From Lingula anatina (Eukaryota; Animalia; Brachiopoda): a DNA stretch of 64,000 nt. The stretch covers positions 721,721 to 785,720 of the forward strand of contig CM120648.1 in assembly GCA_051362555.1 (NCBI GenBank), read 5' to 3'. Both the position numbers and the translations under genes were made by a program. Shown in pieces: positions 39,629 to 51,563 of this stretch. Under the pieces are notes generated by a model. It ran no database searches. It worked only from the letters and a program-made list of their open reading frames with translations, and was not told the DNA's origin. Within the stretch, counting starts at the first letter, position 1. The number at the start of each line of letters is the position of its first letter.

Positions 39629-40872
39629 CACACTGTGATATAGTGCTCTTTTCTTAAAGAAGTTAATAATTTTGCTCATTAGAAATGGTATAACACATGA
39701 GATCCAAGTGCAAGAAGTGTTCTTGAGTAGTAGAAAATTGCTTCTCTTTCAAGGAAAAATTTGATTCAGCAGGACTTTGCTGAATAAGCTACCTTTAAAG
39801 TTGTAACTATAAGAGACTGATATTGTTGTAAGGGTGATCCCCAGCCTTAAACAATCATTCTTTTATAGATCAAAACAACGTAGTAAGAGTTACTCCACAT
39901 TGTCCGGGTGCAAGTTGAATCCAATCCCTTTATTAGATAACCACAAAACATTAGCAACCAAGAAACTTTCTTCATCAGAATGTTTTCTTTACTTTTTTTC
40001 TTCATTGTGATAAAATTTAGGTAAACAATCTAGTGGCCAAAGCAAAAACCAATCAAGGTCAATTCAAGCAAGTTTCAGAATGCCGGTCATCGCTGAGAAA
40101 GGACTTCTACTTCTTTCCTGGACTCAGAAATCCTCAACATGCTTACGGTGGGGGGAACCCTGTCAATCATCAGACCCAAGGTCAAGGTCAAGAGCATGCG
40201 ACCCAAGGTCAGGGTCATTTCCAAAGTCAAGGTCATGTGACAGCTGGGGTCAATACAGCAACTGGAGAGGGCAGCACTGTAGGGAGTAGGTATATACTGA
40301 GAGAACTGCAACCTGGAGGGGATCCGACAAATGTTCAAAGTCAGACTGTCCCAGATGAAAGGTCAAAGTTCAACAACCAAGCTGGTACTGATGGTTACTA
40401 TGGAGGAGAACAGTATGGTCCTTCATATGGCCCTCAAGGATATGGCACCAATCAGCATGGATCCTTCCACAACTCCCAGCCATATGGACCCTTGTACCTT
40501 GCACAGCAGCAAGGCCCCCAGTTTGTTTCCCAACAATTCGGACCCCATTTTGGCTCCCAACAGTACGGCCCTCATGTTCAACCCCCAAGGTATGGCTACA
40601 GTTACAGTACCCCCCAGTATGGGACCCATTTTGATGCCCCAAAATACGGAGGTGACTATCAACATGTGGGATATATTGGGAACCCACCCTCTGGAAACCC
40701 CCCTATTTATCATGAGCAACACAGGGCAACGCCGGACCCTGGGGTTCCCCATGTGGGACCCTCGTTAAGTGGTGGTTATGTGTCCTCTATGTATGGCCCA
40801 GCAAGGACAGGGCATGACAATGTGGCCCATCCAGTGGAAGAAACTGAAGCCAAATATGTCTTTTCTGGGTGA
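34598..40872 (+). CDS. CARD-containing initiator caspase (caspase-2/9-like architecture, QACQG active site) with a long low-complexity C-terminal extension, ~684 aa; exons 34598-34735, 35241-35343, 36054-36236, 36710-36807, 37660-37833, 38121-38340, 38868-39044, 39331-39440, 40021-40872
   Basis: CARD-like N-terminus ([13 protein letters not shown]...[12 protein letters not shown]...[14 protein letters not shown]). Large subunit [22 protein letters not shown] and [12 protein letters not shown]. Small subunit [21 protein letters not shown] and [12 protein letters not shown]. Exon phases sum to 2055 nt. Confidence 0.92.
35405..35645. repeat. (CA)n microsatellite in caspase intron 2
   Basis: Seen directly. 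It explains the HT/CV-rich ORFs. Confidence 0.95.
36259..36405. mobile_element. Harbinger-type MITE family B (~150 bp, CWG TSD)
   Basis: TIR GGCCCTGTAACTCGAAAGCATCGC / GCGATGCTTTCGAGTTATGGGGCC, with CTG on both sides. Confidence 0.85.
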
Positions 40873-41005
40873 ATGGATTGTATTTTCTTATTTTGACTTT
40901 GGATAAATACAGTGTAAATGTAAGGAATCAAAATGGTGATCCCCCCTCTATTTAGGAATAACAAACCGTGCATAGCTGTATATTTTATTATAAAGCATTA
41001 CAATA

Positions 41006-41050
<45 letters not shown>

Positions 41051-42724
41051 TATTATCTCATCATCTATGTCATTATAAGAACACTGACTGCTTGCTAAAT
41101 TTGAACAATTGAAAGTTAATTTATAATATTACCCAAAATTAATATTTGCACTCAATTCTGGCTAATCTAGATAGGTTATTGTCAATTTTATTTTTACCAT
41201 TTTATTTTTATTTCTAATTCTTATTTTTTATTTTTTTATGTGATTAATGAATAAGATATTGGAATTATGGGTGGTGTTTGAACTTCATGAATATGATAAC
41301 AAGCCATTACCATAGTAACCATATATAGCTATGATAGCAGTCATATGGATATCAGATTAAGTATGCATAGCCCAAGTACCAGTAGACACGTCAAATCATT
41401 TCCACCAAAAACCCGGGAAATGCCACCACAATGCTTCGTGAAGTGCTACATATATAACTTAAAGAAAGGGTTTCGTTTTATTATTTTCCGAAACTATGCT
41501 ATTTAAACAGATGTTTTCTGCTCACTTTCTTTGCTTCACACACCACTAGTAAGGGTTGGATCTATCCTAGTTGAACTTTATATATAGATGCGTTATCAGT
41601 GTTATTTATTTCTCACACATGTTCAACGAGGTGATTATGATGAACTTAACATCTTGCAGATGCCCTTCATTACGTTTTAGTGATACTTAAAAAATATCTC
41701 TCGATATTTGTTGAAGATTAGCAAGCAAGTTTTAAGGTCTACTGAATGAACATAGATGCATTGTACGGTTCATTTAAAGAAGTACTAGTACACGTTTCCC
41801 AGGGTAGCTAAAATTCCCATTTGATTAAAGTTGCATTACCGGTATATTTGTGGCCAAATGTGTGGTTTATATATGGTTAACTGCTTGATCTTTGTGCACG
41901 TAGATACAGCTCATTGGTTTCATACGGTTATTATATATATATATATATATAGGCATTTATGAGGTCAAAATACATTTCAATCAAAATAACGAAGATATGT
42001 GTAAATGTAAACTTTATCTATTGTACATGTACGTTTTTTTTTTTTTTTTTTCTTTGTGATGCCAATAAAACTATTTAAAAAAAGGAACAAAGGTGACCGT
42101 TTTCCCCCTAATACGTTGGAAAATATTTGTTCCGCAAAGAAGTAAAGGAAGATATCACGATTGAAAACGCCACAGAAGACAGAAGTTATCAATATAAAAC
42201 ACCCTTTAATACAAAAAAATACAATAATGCTGCATTGATTGGAATGCAGTAACGATGACACCATAGAAAATCTCGCGAAGCACGCTGTAACGGACGTTAC
42301 ACAACACATGTTAAATTGACCTTAAACTTGCAAAAATATATCTAACATAAATGAATGTAATATACAATCGTACATCCGGACATTACGAAACACTCCAAGA
42401 TACCAATGGCCTTATTTTTTTACACATAAGATTTTTTGCCGCAAAATGGCATAGAGCCTAGATCAAATTTGATTCAGAAGTGAATCTCTCCTTGGCAAAA
42501 GTGCGGTTCGTTTAAACCCAACCCCAACCCCTGAGTCTCCCTGTCCCTGAGCCTCTATGGAGAATGGGGTTATTACGGCGAAGTCTGTTGAGAGAAATTA
42601 CTTGGAAACTAACTGTTACGTCTCCAACGAAGCCATCGTTTTCGTACTTCTTTAACGGAGTGAAATTTTGACAAGCTTTGTCGCAAAGAATCACTCATAA
42701 GTAATTTCTTTTTTCGCAGCTTAA

Positions 42725-42985
42725 GACCCTTTTCACAAGAACAATTTAAGAGCAATAATTTTTCTGGTCCTAGAATGTAATGATGTTATTGGGAAAGGGG
42801 GGGGGGTCACTTTCTTTCACGCGCCCCGATGTTTCAATTAAAAGTTAACTAGTCAACTCAGATTGTCATTTGGGGGGGGGGGGGGGGGGGGGGGTTATCA
42901 TTCGTAATAGTTGTGCTTCAAAGTTGTTGATCTCTCAAGACGGAGCGAAACGGAAAAGTTTACCGCTGTCTTGTGAAAAGGGGTC
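42725..42985. mobile_element. MITE flanked by TTAA
   Basis: TTAA-GACCCTTTTCACAAGA ... TCTTGTGAAAAGGGGTC-TTAA. The superfamily is uncertain (Kolobok-like TTAA or Harbinger TAA). Confidence 0.7.
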
Positions 42986-43163
42986 TTAATCTCGACGTGC
43001 TTCTTTGTCAACAGAATGATATATCCACAAACCCTGTTGCAAAGCCAAACAAATTGGAAATTTCCGTTCTCGTACATTTCAGAGATGTTTTAAGAGTCAA
43101 ATGGCACTTTTAATGCCATGATTTAAAAAAAAATGCGCCTGTGCTGTGCTAACAACACCCTCG

Positions 43164-44498
43164 TTATTCTTTTGACACAATCGCAGGGAACTTGTACCCC
43201 AGACACTCCAAGTCCTTAAACCACGCTTCAATATTATAAACATCGTCAATCTGTAACACTTGATGGTTATACATTTCTTTGTACAACTCTATTGACATGG
43301 ACGCAATGTCTTTTTCCGAACTTTTCCAGTTTGTTAAATACTCCACTAACTGCGCCGCACGCATGTATAGGTCATTCTCAGAATCAAAGTCCGCTAACCA
43401 GTTGTGAGCGTTTCTGTACTGAACAACCCACGGGGCGGAGAAAACCAAGCTCCTTTCAATGTACCAAAATAGTCTCACGTTAAAATACGACCTCCAGATG
43501 TCGCTAACGCGCCCTTTAACAGTCACGGGTAAATAAGTTGAGAAAAACGCGTCGTACATCGTCATTGTAGCCTGGGCGTTGTAGGGCGTAATGACTCCCT
43601 GGGGGACGGCGACGTAGAGTTCCTTATGGTGAAAATCAAAAGGAAGTGGTTGCGTAAACCGATAGATGGCGTCAACGTCCGGTTCGTTATCGGCCAGGGA
43701 TTGGATGATTCCGATTTTCCCCAAGGGAAGCTCGTCCGTGAACGACTGCGTTTTCGCTTCTTTTGACTTGATTTTCTCCAAGGGAAATCCTCTTGGCCAG
43801 GAATCTGGATATTTGCTCATCATAGGATACGGGTTCCAGACGGTCCCCTTCATGTTGATATTTTTGACGCCCTTTATTTTGGCAGGATCTGGGATCTTGG
43901 CCCTGCGCAGTACGTTGTCGTCATCCGTATCATAGATGTACTCAGCTCCATGATGTATGGCATACATGTATCCAATATTCTTCCGACCGAAGTGATTCCA
44001 TATGAGCAATTTACAGATGTGGAACTGGCAACTCTCCTGTTCCAAAACGCTGAGATATTTGACGTTAGGGACGACATATTTCTCCGGGCCCTTTTTATCA
44101 GCGACGACCACGACGCACCAAGACGTAATCTCGGAGAGCTGCTTGACCAGTTCCGACGGTTCAAATATCGTCGTGATGACCACCCATTTTTTGCAAGGCG
44201 TCGCAGGGGGCTTTTTGTGATAGTCCGTGCACGTCGACGGCGGTCGATATCCCACCCGCTTGTCCTTCTCAAAATCGCGGACTCTTTTCATTTGGAATCT
44301 TCGTCCACTTGTTGCGCCGAAATCCGCCGTTCCTCCCGATACGAGGCCGCCTGCGACGTTAATGGCGGTCGTTCCTTGGCAGGACACATTGAGGGGTCTA
44401 AACTTTGAGCCAAGTGAGGCGATAAGGACAAGTCCCGCCGCGATGACGCCGACGACAACGATCACATTTGAATTGATTTTCACAACACTTCTTGTCAT
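43164..44498 (-). CDS. STELLO/DUF288-like putative glycosyltransferase, type II membrane, ~444 aa, intronless CDS
   Basis: Motifs WVVITTIFEP, VVVADKKGP, GRKNIGYMYAIHHGAEYIYDTDDDN, NPY..WPRGFPL, LADNEPDVDAIYR, RVSDIWRSY and RNAHNWLADFDSE. There is an N-terminal transmembrane segment. A splice acceptor at 44511 lies just before the ATG at 44498. Confidence 0.88.
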   Translation of the reverse strand: MTRSVVKINSNVIVVVGVIAAGLVLIASLGSKFRPLNVSCQGTTAINVAGGLVSGGTADFGATSGRRFQMKRVRDFEKDKRVGYRPPSTCTDYHKKPPATPCKKWVVITTIFEPSELVKQLSEITSWCVVVVADKKGPEKYVVPNVKYLSVLEQESCQFHICKLLIWNHFGRKNIGYMYAIHHGAEYIYDTDDDNVLRRAKIPDPAKIKGVKNINMKGTVWNPYPMMSKYPDSWPRGFPLEKIKSKEAKTQSFTDELPLGKIGIIQSLADNEPDVDAIYRFTQPLPFDFHHKELYVAVPQGVITPYNAQATMTMYDAFFSTYLPVTVKGRVSDIWRSYFNVRLFWYIERSLVFSAPWVVQYRNAHNWLADFDSENDLYMRAAQLVEYLTNWKSSEKDIASMSIELYKEMYNHQVLQIDDVYNIEAWFKDLECLGYKFPAIVSKE

Positions 44499-44721
44499 GT
44501 TTGGTTTATCCTGCAAAGAGAATGGAAATTCATGTTAAGAATATATACGAAAACACTGATCGTGATGAAGTAGTTGTTTGTAATGATTTCACTACATGAA
44601 GACAAACTTATTAAGCTTTACCCATCGCACAATCCTCAGACGTAACATTGTACCCTGGAGGGCCTGATTTTATGGCTAATAATTTGAAAAAATATTGCAC
44701 GTTACTTCTTTATAAAGTAAC

Positions 44722-44779
<58 letters not shown>

Positions 44780-44884
44780 GTTGTCCTGGAAATATCAACA
44801 ATTCTACTGGGGTACCTTACAATCACCAAGGTACATACATTAATTTGCTGCTGAATGAATTACCAATTTACCACCATCACTGCC

Positions 44885-45207
44885 CAGGCCTACCCAACTA
44901 TCAGACTCGGCACCGAATGATCCTGAATTCACCGCTAGATGGGACCACACTACTTGTTTTCAAGGTGGGCGTCAGTACGCGCTTCGAAGTATCAATCGCG
45001 ACACCGCTCTTGCCTAGTACGCGATGTGATAGTGATAATTCTCAGCGGGGTTGGAAAGTAGTGCATCTCATCTCAAAATTTGTTCCGGGGTATGATAGCC
45101 TACTGTGGAATGCGTACTGATGCACACCTTGAAAACGGGTAGTGTGGTCCGATCCACCGGTAAATTCGGGATCATTCGGTGCCGAGTCTGGTAGTTGGGT
45201 AGGCCTG
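44885..45207. mobile_element. MITE with ~85-bp TIRs (hAT-like CAGG ends)
   Basis: CAGGCCTACCCAACTATCAGACTCGGCACCGAATGATCC... is mirrored by ...GGATCATTCGGTGCCGAGTCTGGTAGTTGGGTAGGCCTG. No clear TSD. Confidence 0.8.
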
Positions 45208-47581
45208 ACCATGCTTTGGTTGATTCTAAGTTAGCCCAATTCTGAACCTTGAAATTCTAATATCCTAACATTTTATCCGGGCTTTTTACCAGACTATCGA
45301 CTAAAAAAACAAACAAAGGCAAGACATGACTTTCTTGGCGGAGTTAAAAACTGGTTGATACACGTGTGTATTGTAATATTGCCAACGGTTTTGAGCATGA
45401 TGTCTCTTGGTAATTTCGGGGCACTTGAGACGTTCAAGTTCTTGTGGGTCCCGGGGGGGGGGGATAATTTGTTTTTTGAAGGTCTCACACCCATGGTGCA
45501 ATTTTAAGACATCTGGAAGCTCTACTTTAACTGGCGTTAAAATTGTTTATGTCAATGAATATTTCCTCAGTTGTTGGCCTTATATGTTGCGAAGTGACCT
45601 AGGGTACTAACTATCTAGAATGTAAGGCAGAAAACTGTGTGAATAGCGATCCTGACTGCCAACGTGCATATGGAAAACCTCATATTCAATGGAATTAACT
45701 AAGTATAGGCTACTAACATGTAGTCATTTTAACCCAACAAAATACAATTAACAACGTGTAAGACTGAAGAAAATTACTTCAAAGCAGTGTAAGCAGCCTG
45801 TAAGCTTACAAGCAAAATTTGACTTAGAATTATTGGGTAACTACTTGATCTACTTGAAAAAAGCTACAGAAAAGACATGAAAAACAAGAGATAATACATC
45901 AACAGAAAAAAGTCAGTCTTCTGTAACGCCTCCGAATCTAATTTCTGTCGTAATTCAAAATTAGGGTGACCACTTTTCACTCAAAAATATCAGTTATTAA
46001 TCTTAAATTCGTGCTGTACCTCTATATTACTAAGGCTTTTCCTTGAATGTTGACCTTGAACCGATTTTCGGTGCACAAATATCACGTGACACGAATCATG
46101 TGACACTAGAGAATTTCGCTTTGAACACTATTTGCACACTTCTTCCCTCTAACGTGATTGTATATACATGTTATCTGCAATTTTATCAATGGAAAGATGA
46201 AAACATTTACCAAATCTGAAAACAGCGAGAAAAAGAGTGTAAGAACACACCTCTCGCTCTCACGAGGATGGACCCGTTCTCATCCGAAACCCCGCCATTT
46301 TACACAGGACGGTGAGCAGGTTAGGTCAGGCGGTGGAAACGCGCTACTTATATGATTAAGACGAGCCTAGCCGTCAGTACCGGATATTGTTTTGTGACCT
46401 TGAGGAGCAATTAGGTTTGGTCTTTGCGGCACGCATGAACAGTAGTCGAACTACCACACCTGGGTCTTTTGTTTTTGACAACTGTTCACTCGTCATCGAG
46501 GCGCTTGTTCAAGGCTACAGGCTGATATCTACTAGTAGGCCTACTACCAGTGGCTTCATTAGTAACGTTCCCACAATACTTAGTTTTCTGTCTGTGCGTA
46601 GGCCTACATACCCTGAAAAAAGCCAGCCTCGCTGACGAGAACAATGGACGTTTCTCACCCCTCTCTAGGATTACCCCTGGTTAGGTGAATTTTATCGATG
46701 AAGTTGAAATTTGGGCCACCCTTTAGCTTCATCGGATCGTTAAGTCAAATGTTTATTTTTTTTTAAATGGATATATGATATGCACTTAAAATCTTCGGAA
46801 TACCAAATATGGAGGCCTAGTTTGTATCTTTACTCGAGGAGGGGGGGGGGGGGGGGGGCGTCTCACTGACCTTCCACCCCTATTTTTAGTTCAAACGAGA
46901 TCCAGGCATTTGGCAAATAATGAAACCAATATTATATGGACCAAGCCTTAGGCTGGGTTATATGCTAAAAAATCACGAGAAAAATTTATTGCCTCTCTCC
47001 CCAAACCGTTATAAAATATTTCATTAACCCTTAAATCCATTTTATGACATAGCCTAGGGCCTAATGTGTGTGCAATGTAATTTTTTCATACACCTTCCGA
47101 TGTAGGCCTGTAACAGGTAGAGGTATTTAATATGTAGGCCTATATATTCAGTGTGTAGGCCCTGCTGTCTCGGATATAATCGCAGGAAAAAAATACTTTT
47201 GTTTTTTTTTATTATGCCGAATAGGCCTACCTTGTTCTGTAAATTGGCCTACTGTTAGTCTGTGCATGAGCTAATTGCATTCAGCGAGAGTCCCCTCTGA
47301 GTTACATCTATCTACGTGGAACGACGGTTTCATTTTTTATCACGTAGGGCACTGTTCATTTTTCACACCGTTTCATGAGCCCTTGTGCGGAAAATTGAAT
47401 TACACAGTTTGGAATATCACTTAAGAATAACGCATGGGGATAATATGAAGCTACGCCAGATGGAAATGTATTTGGTTCATATGTCATCTTGAAATAGTTT
47501 CCTGCATTATCTCATCCCTATATATATATATATATATAATTCTGCCCTGCCAGGAAGCTGCATATTTATAATAGCGTTTTA

Positions 47582-47748
47582 GGGGCCATTCAGAATAACT
47601 AGTCCGGGGGTCAAATATGGCGACACACTACAAAGCTTGCCGTTTAATCCTCTATTAGACAATGAATAGATATCCCGTGGGGAAGTATTCAAGTGGGTCG
47701 GCCATGTTTGACCCTCGGATTAGTTAGTCCCCTACTCTGAATGGGGCC
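47582..47748. mobile_element. Harbinger-type MITE family C (TTA TSD)
   Basis: TTA-GGGGCCATTCAGAATA ... TCTGAATGGGGCC-TTA. A close copy lies at 58412-58585 and a partial one at ~55950-56000. Confidence 0.8.
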
Positions 47749-48173
47749 TTATATTGCGGTTATGTGGGAGATGATACACTGTCACCCGAGCGATATACGC
47801 CAGAACAGCGAGAACAAATTTAAATCGTGTATAGGCCTACGCAAGTTCTTGCGTCTCAGATGTAGCCAAATGTACTGGATTGTGCCTCGGGAAATACTTG
47901 AATAAGATTACTTTTTTATCAACTTGTTTATATTATGTACGCAGTCGGTCAAATCCTGTTTATAATCTATAACACTATATCGCTTTGCCCAGACAATAAT
48001 AGGAAATTTTAAATTAACTAACTATTTGACGAGAGGGCGGCACTGTGAATATTTGACGTAGGCCTACATACAGGGAGAAAGTAGGCCCCTTCTCGAATTT
48101 TGTCTAAAATCGCCTCTAAAACCAAAAAAAGAGTATATCGCCACTGTCACATAAAATCCCTAGACATGCATAC

Positions 48174-48286
48174 ACCCTGTACCAGGGCCACAGATTCATT
48201 TTTCACTAGATATTAATATACCTCTGGTTAAATAGATGGCTCAGCAAAAATGTCCCCAATAATAACTGCGGCCCTGGTAGAGGGTA
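48174..48286. mobile_element. Short MITE
   Basis: ACCCTGTACCAGGGCCACAG ... CTGCGGCCCTGGTAGAGGGT. Related pieces lie at ~31823-31950 and ~33280-33320. Confidence 0.6.
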
Positions 48287-48386
48287 AAGTGCCTATGCGA
48301 TTGTTCATAGCAAGTTAGACAGTGATCGAGTCAGTCACACGATTTTACATTCCCGACAAAGTACTGGCGACCTAAACCCAGCCCTG

Positions 48387-48538
48387 GGCCCTGTAACTCG
48401 AAACCATCGCTCATTGCGGCCGAGCGCAAGCGTCTTGATTCCATATAACTTGTCCATACTCGCCCCATGTAATACATTGTAGCCTCTATATGTGATATCG
48501 CTATTCGCATTTACGCGATGCTTTAGAGTTACGGGGTC
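48387..48538. mobile_element. MITE family B copy
   Basis: Same TIRs and internal sequence as 36259-36405, with CTG TSD. Confidence 0.85.
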
Positions 48539-49221
48539 CTGCTTAACAATAGCGGTGCTTCTAACCACGCAAAGTTAAGGACGGTGTGAGAAATAATAGA
48601 CTTTATTTACTTTGTACTGAGTATAAACACTAGATTTGCTTGATATGCATTTGGTATATTTTCAATCACCTTGATACCCTATTTACAAAAAGAATAATGA
48701 TTGCTCCCTATAAACCTGTTGTAAATAACTTACCACGACACCCATAGCCCGGTGTATCTTTACCACGAATCTGAATCGTCTGGATTATAATTGACTTATT
48801 TTCCTGCACAAATCTGGCTCAATGATCCGCTGTAATATCGCGATCGAAGTCCTTTAAATATATCACCAGTTTCCAATGGCGGCTTACAACATTACGCCAG
48901 GCAAAATGGTGGACAAATTATATGGATTTTTTTCCCTGCCAAGCAGATTCTCTTCTCTTTTGTATGAAAAGCGGACTCTTCCCTTGCTTGTACCTGTATA
49001 TGTAATGGGGGTGAAGGGGCGTAACTTGCCCGCAGTGAAAGTGAATTGCAAACAAGGCAGCAAAGCTGTCAAATGTACAGACAAAAAGCAGGAAATAACA
49101 AAAATAGGCTACTGTCAATTCTGATGCAAAAGTACATTATGTCAAACTGCAAATTCAACATCAAATTTTAATTATGCTCAACAGGTAATACCAATGTAAG
49201 TAAAATGTGAAACAAGCATAA

Positions 49222-49892
49222 GGCTTCAGGCCCATGGGAGTTCAAGTTCACACTTTGAAAATGTAAAACTTCCAGAAAAAGAAGTCAATTAGACTGCTTT
49301 TCCAACTCAGGCTGCATTTTAGTCCTGTATTTCTTTTTTGAAAGTTTGGCAATCATAAGTAACATGGTTTTCCCATAATGGTCATCATGGCAGCAGCACC
49401 CAAAATTGTGTTTTCTTCTATTCTGATGCAATATTACATAATGGTTAACAGCATAATGACAATCAATTTTTAATAACAAAATATATGTATCATGGATTTT
49501 CAGAAAATGTGACTAGCCTGGGTCTTCAAGCCTGTGGAACTTCAAATCACACATTGAAAATGCCAATATGTGAAAAATTAAATTTTCACAAAAAAACTGT
49601 TTATCTGGCAGATTGCATTGCCTACTGAAGCTGTATTTTAGTCCCATGTTTCTTTCCTGTATGTTTGAGAACAGTAAGTGACATGGTTTTTCTTAAAAGG
49701 TAATCATGGGAGCAGTGCCCAAAATAGGTTTTTTTTTCAAATTTTGATGCAATATTACATAATGTTTAACAGCATAATGACCATCAATTTTTAATAATAA
49801 AATATTAGTATCATGGATATTCAGAAAATGTGACTAGCAAAGGTCTTCAGGCCCATGGAACTTCAAAGTCACAACTTGAAAATGCCAAAATG
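49222..49892. repeat. Degenerate ~310-bp tandem duplication
   Basis: CTTCAGGCCCATGGAACTTCAAA..CACA..TTGAAAATG recurs near 49224, 49525 and 49845. The blocks 49420-49520 and 49742-49838 are nearly identical. Confidence 0.75.
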
Positions 49893-50850
49893 TAAACAAG
49901 ACAGCACTGTTCTGAAATGTTTTTTTCCCCATTCTTAACATAAAAGAAAATTAACAGTTTACTGCCATTTTTATATGATCAACTAAGAAAATTGATGAGA
50001 TGAGAAAAGTATCAATAGAGCAGTGTTAAATGTCCAATTTCTTCCATTCTGAGATTCTGAACATAGTGAATGATTGAATCTGACAAATTGCAATGATATG
50101 AGTTTATTTCCATTTTTGAAACTTTATTACACAATACACGATAACATGTTTACCATCATTTTTACAAAATCAACTAACAATGTTGTAAAGATGCAGGAAA
50201 TGTCAAACAAACACTTTCACGTATCTTATTAGTTTAATAATGAGACTGTTAACATGCCTAAAAATTGAATCTGAGGAAATGTGAAAAAACAGCGTACCTT
50301 CTAAAATAATGGCACGATTATGCTGATTTACGAACTCAACCTGCATTTTAGTAAAATTGACCACTCCTGTGACTTTCATGACAATTGGCCCATCTGTTTT
50401 TCTTATATTGTGTTTACAGTGTTGCATATATGCTGAAAAGTGTAAAAAACAGCATAACTAGTAAAATGGTAGCCCGATCATGCCGATTTTCGAACTTGAC
50501 CTGCGTTTTAGTAAGATTGATTACTCCTGTGAGTTTCATGACAACAGGTCTATTGGTTTTCCTTGAAATGTGTTAACAGTGTTGCATATATGCTGAAAAG
50601 TGAAAAAACAGCATAAATTCTACAATAATGGCCCGATCATGCTGATTTTCGAACTTGACCTGCGTTTTATGAATATTAGTCAGCTCTGTAAATATAAGCA
50701 AAAAAATAAAACTGTCTTCCACTTATGGTGTTAACGCTGAAAGTGCACGGCGACGGCGACAGCGACGGCGACATGATCGGCGACGGCGACGGCGACGACA
50801 GACGCAGGTGATGGCAATATGTACAGACACATCTGTGTCTGTACATAAAA
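49893..50850. mobile_element. Helentron-associated non-autonomous element (HINE / pearl-DTC84-like)
   Basis: Starts TAAACAAGA and carries ~160-bp tandem core repeats (50270-50670), a (CGGCGA)n/GACA microsatellite (50748-50803) and a terminal hairpin TATGTACAGACAC-ATCT-GTGTCTGTACATA followed by As. Confidence 0.7.
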
Positions 50851-50955
50851 AGATAATGAACCGTGCTACAATACATGTGTGAAACAGATATCCCATATCA
50901 CATGATGAAAGGTGAAAAACCGCTTGTCCTTAACTGGTAGATTATTTATGATCAG

Positions 50956-51100
50956 GGCCCCGTAACTCGAAAGCATCGCGTATTGCGACCGAGCGCAAGC
51001 GTCTCGATTCCATAACAGGCCCATACTCGCCCCATGTAATACACTGTAGCCTCTATGTGATCGCTTTTCGCAACACGCGATGCTTTTTTGTTACGGGGCC
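50956..51100. mobile_element. MITE family B copy
   Basis: GGCCCCGTAACTCGAAAGCATCGC ... GTTACGGGGCC, with CAG TSD. Confidence 0.85.
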
Positions 51101-51563
51101 CAGGGATGACGCGTGGAGATGCGTGTGAGAGGTGGAGAGACTATTACAGGATTAAGCTGTCTTCCTTTCATGTAGTTCCCCCATATTTAGGCCGTGGACC
51201 AGTTAGCACTCGGCTCTTCTCATTCTGAATGGCCCTAACTCACCAGCATTATACCCCAAGGCACTTCCACTAAATATTGACCACGATACAACTCCTTGAT
51301 ATTGACGTTAAATCTTCAAAAAGGAGCCTATAAAGCCATACTACAAGTCATATTTTCATAGTTATGCTGGGGCAAACAAAGGCTTGGTTGGGAGGCTTTA
51401 ATCCCTTACTGGCTTTCAACATGAAGTATACATGTAAATACACCGGTGTGACAGGAATGATAGTCCTTGGAATGGACGTACAGGGCCCCATGTGATTACC
51501 ACAGGTTGGGGTTAGTTGGAGTATTGTGGTTGGTACATGGGAAAAATGTCACCTGTGCAAAGT

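Noticed and set aside
40660-40685. RHIM motif in the caspase tail (HVGYIGN)
   Set aside because: It does not match the (I/V)Q(I/V/L)G core.
43292-44538. Antisense and alternate-frame ORFs over the STELLO-like gene (likewise over GAL3ST, NTPDase and caspase exons)
   Set aside because: They are shadow ORFs of real coding sequence with no independent motifs.
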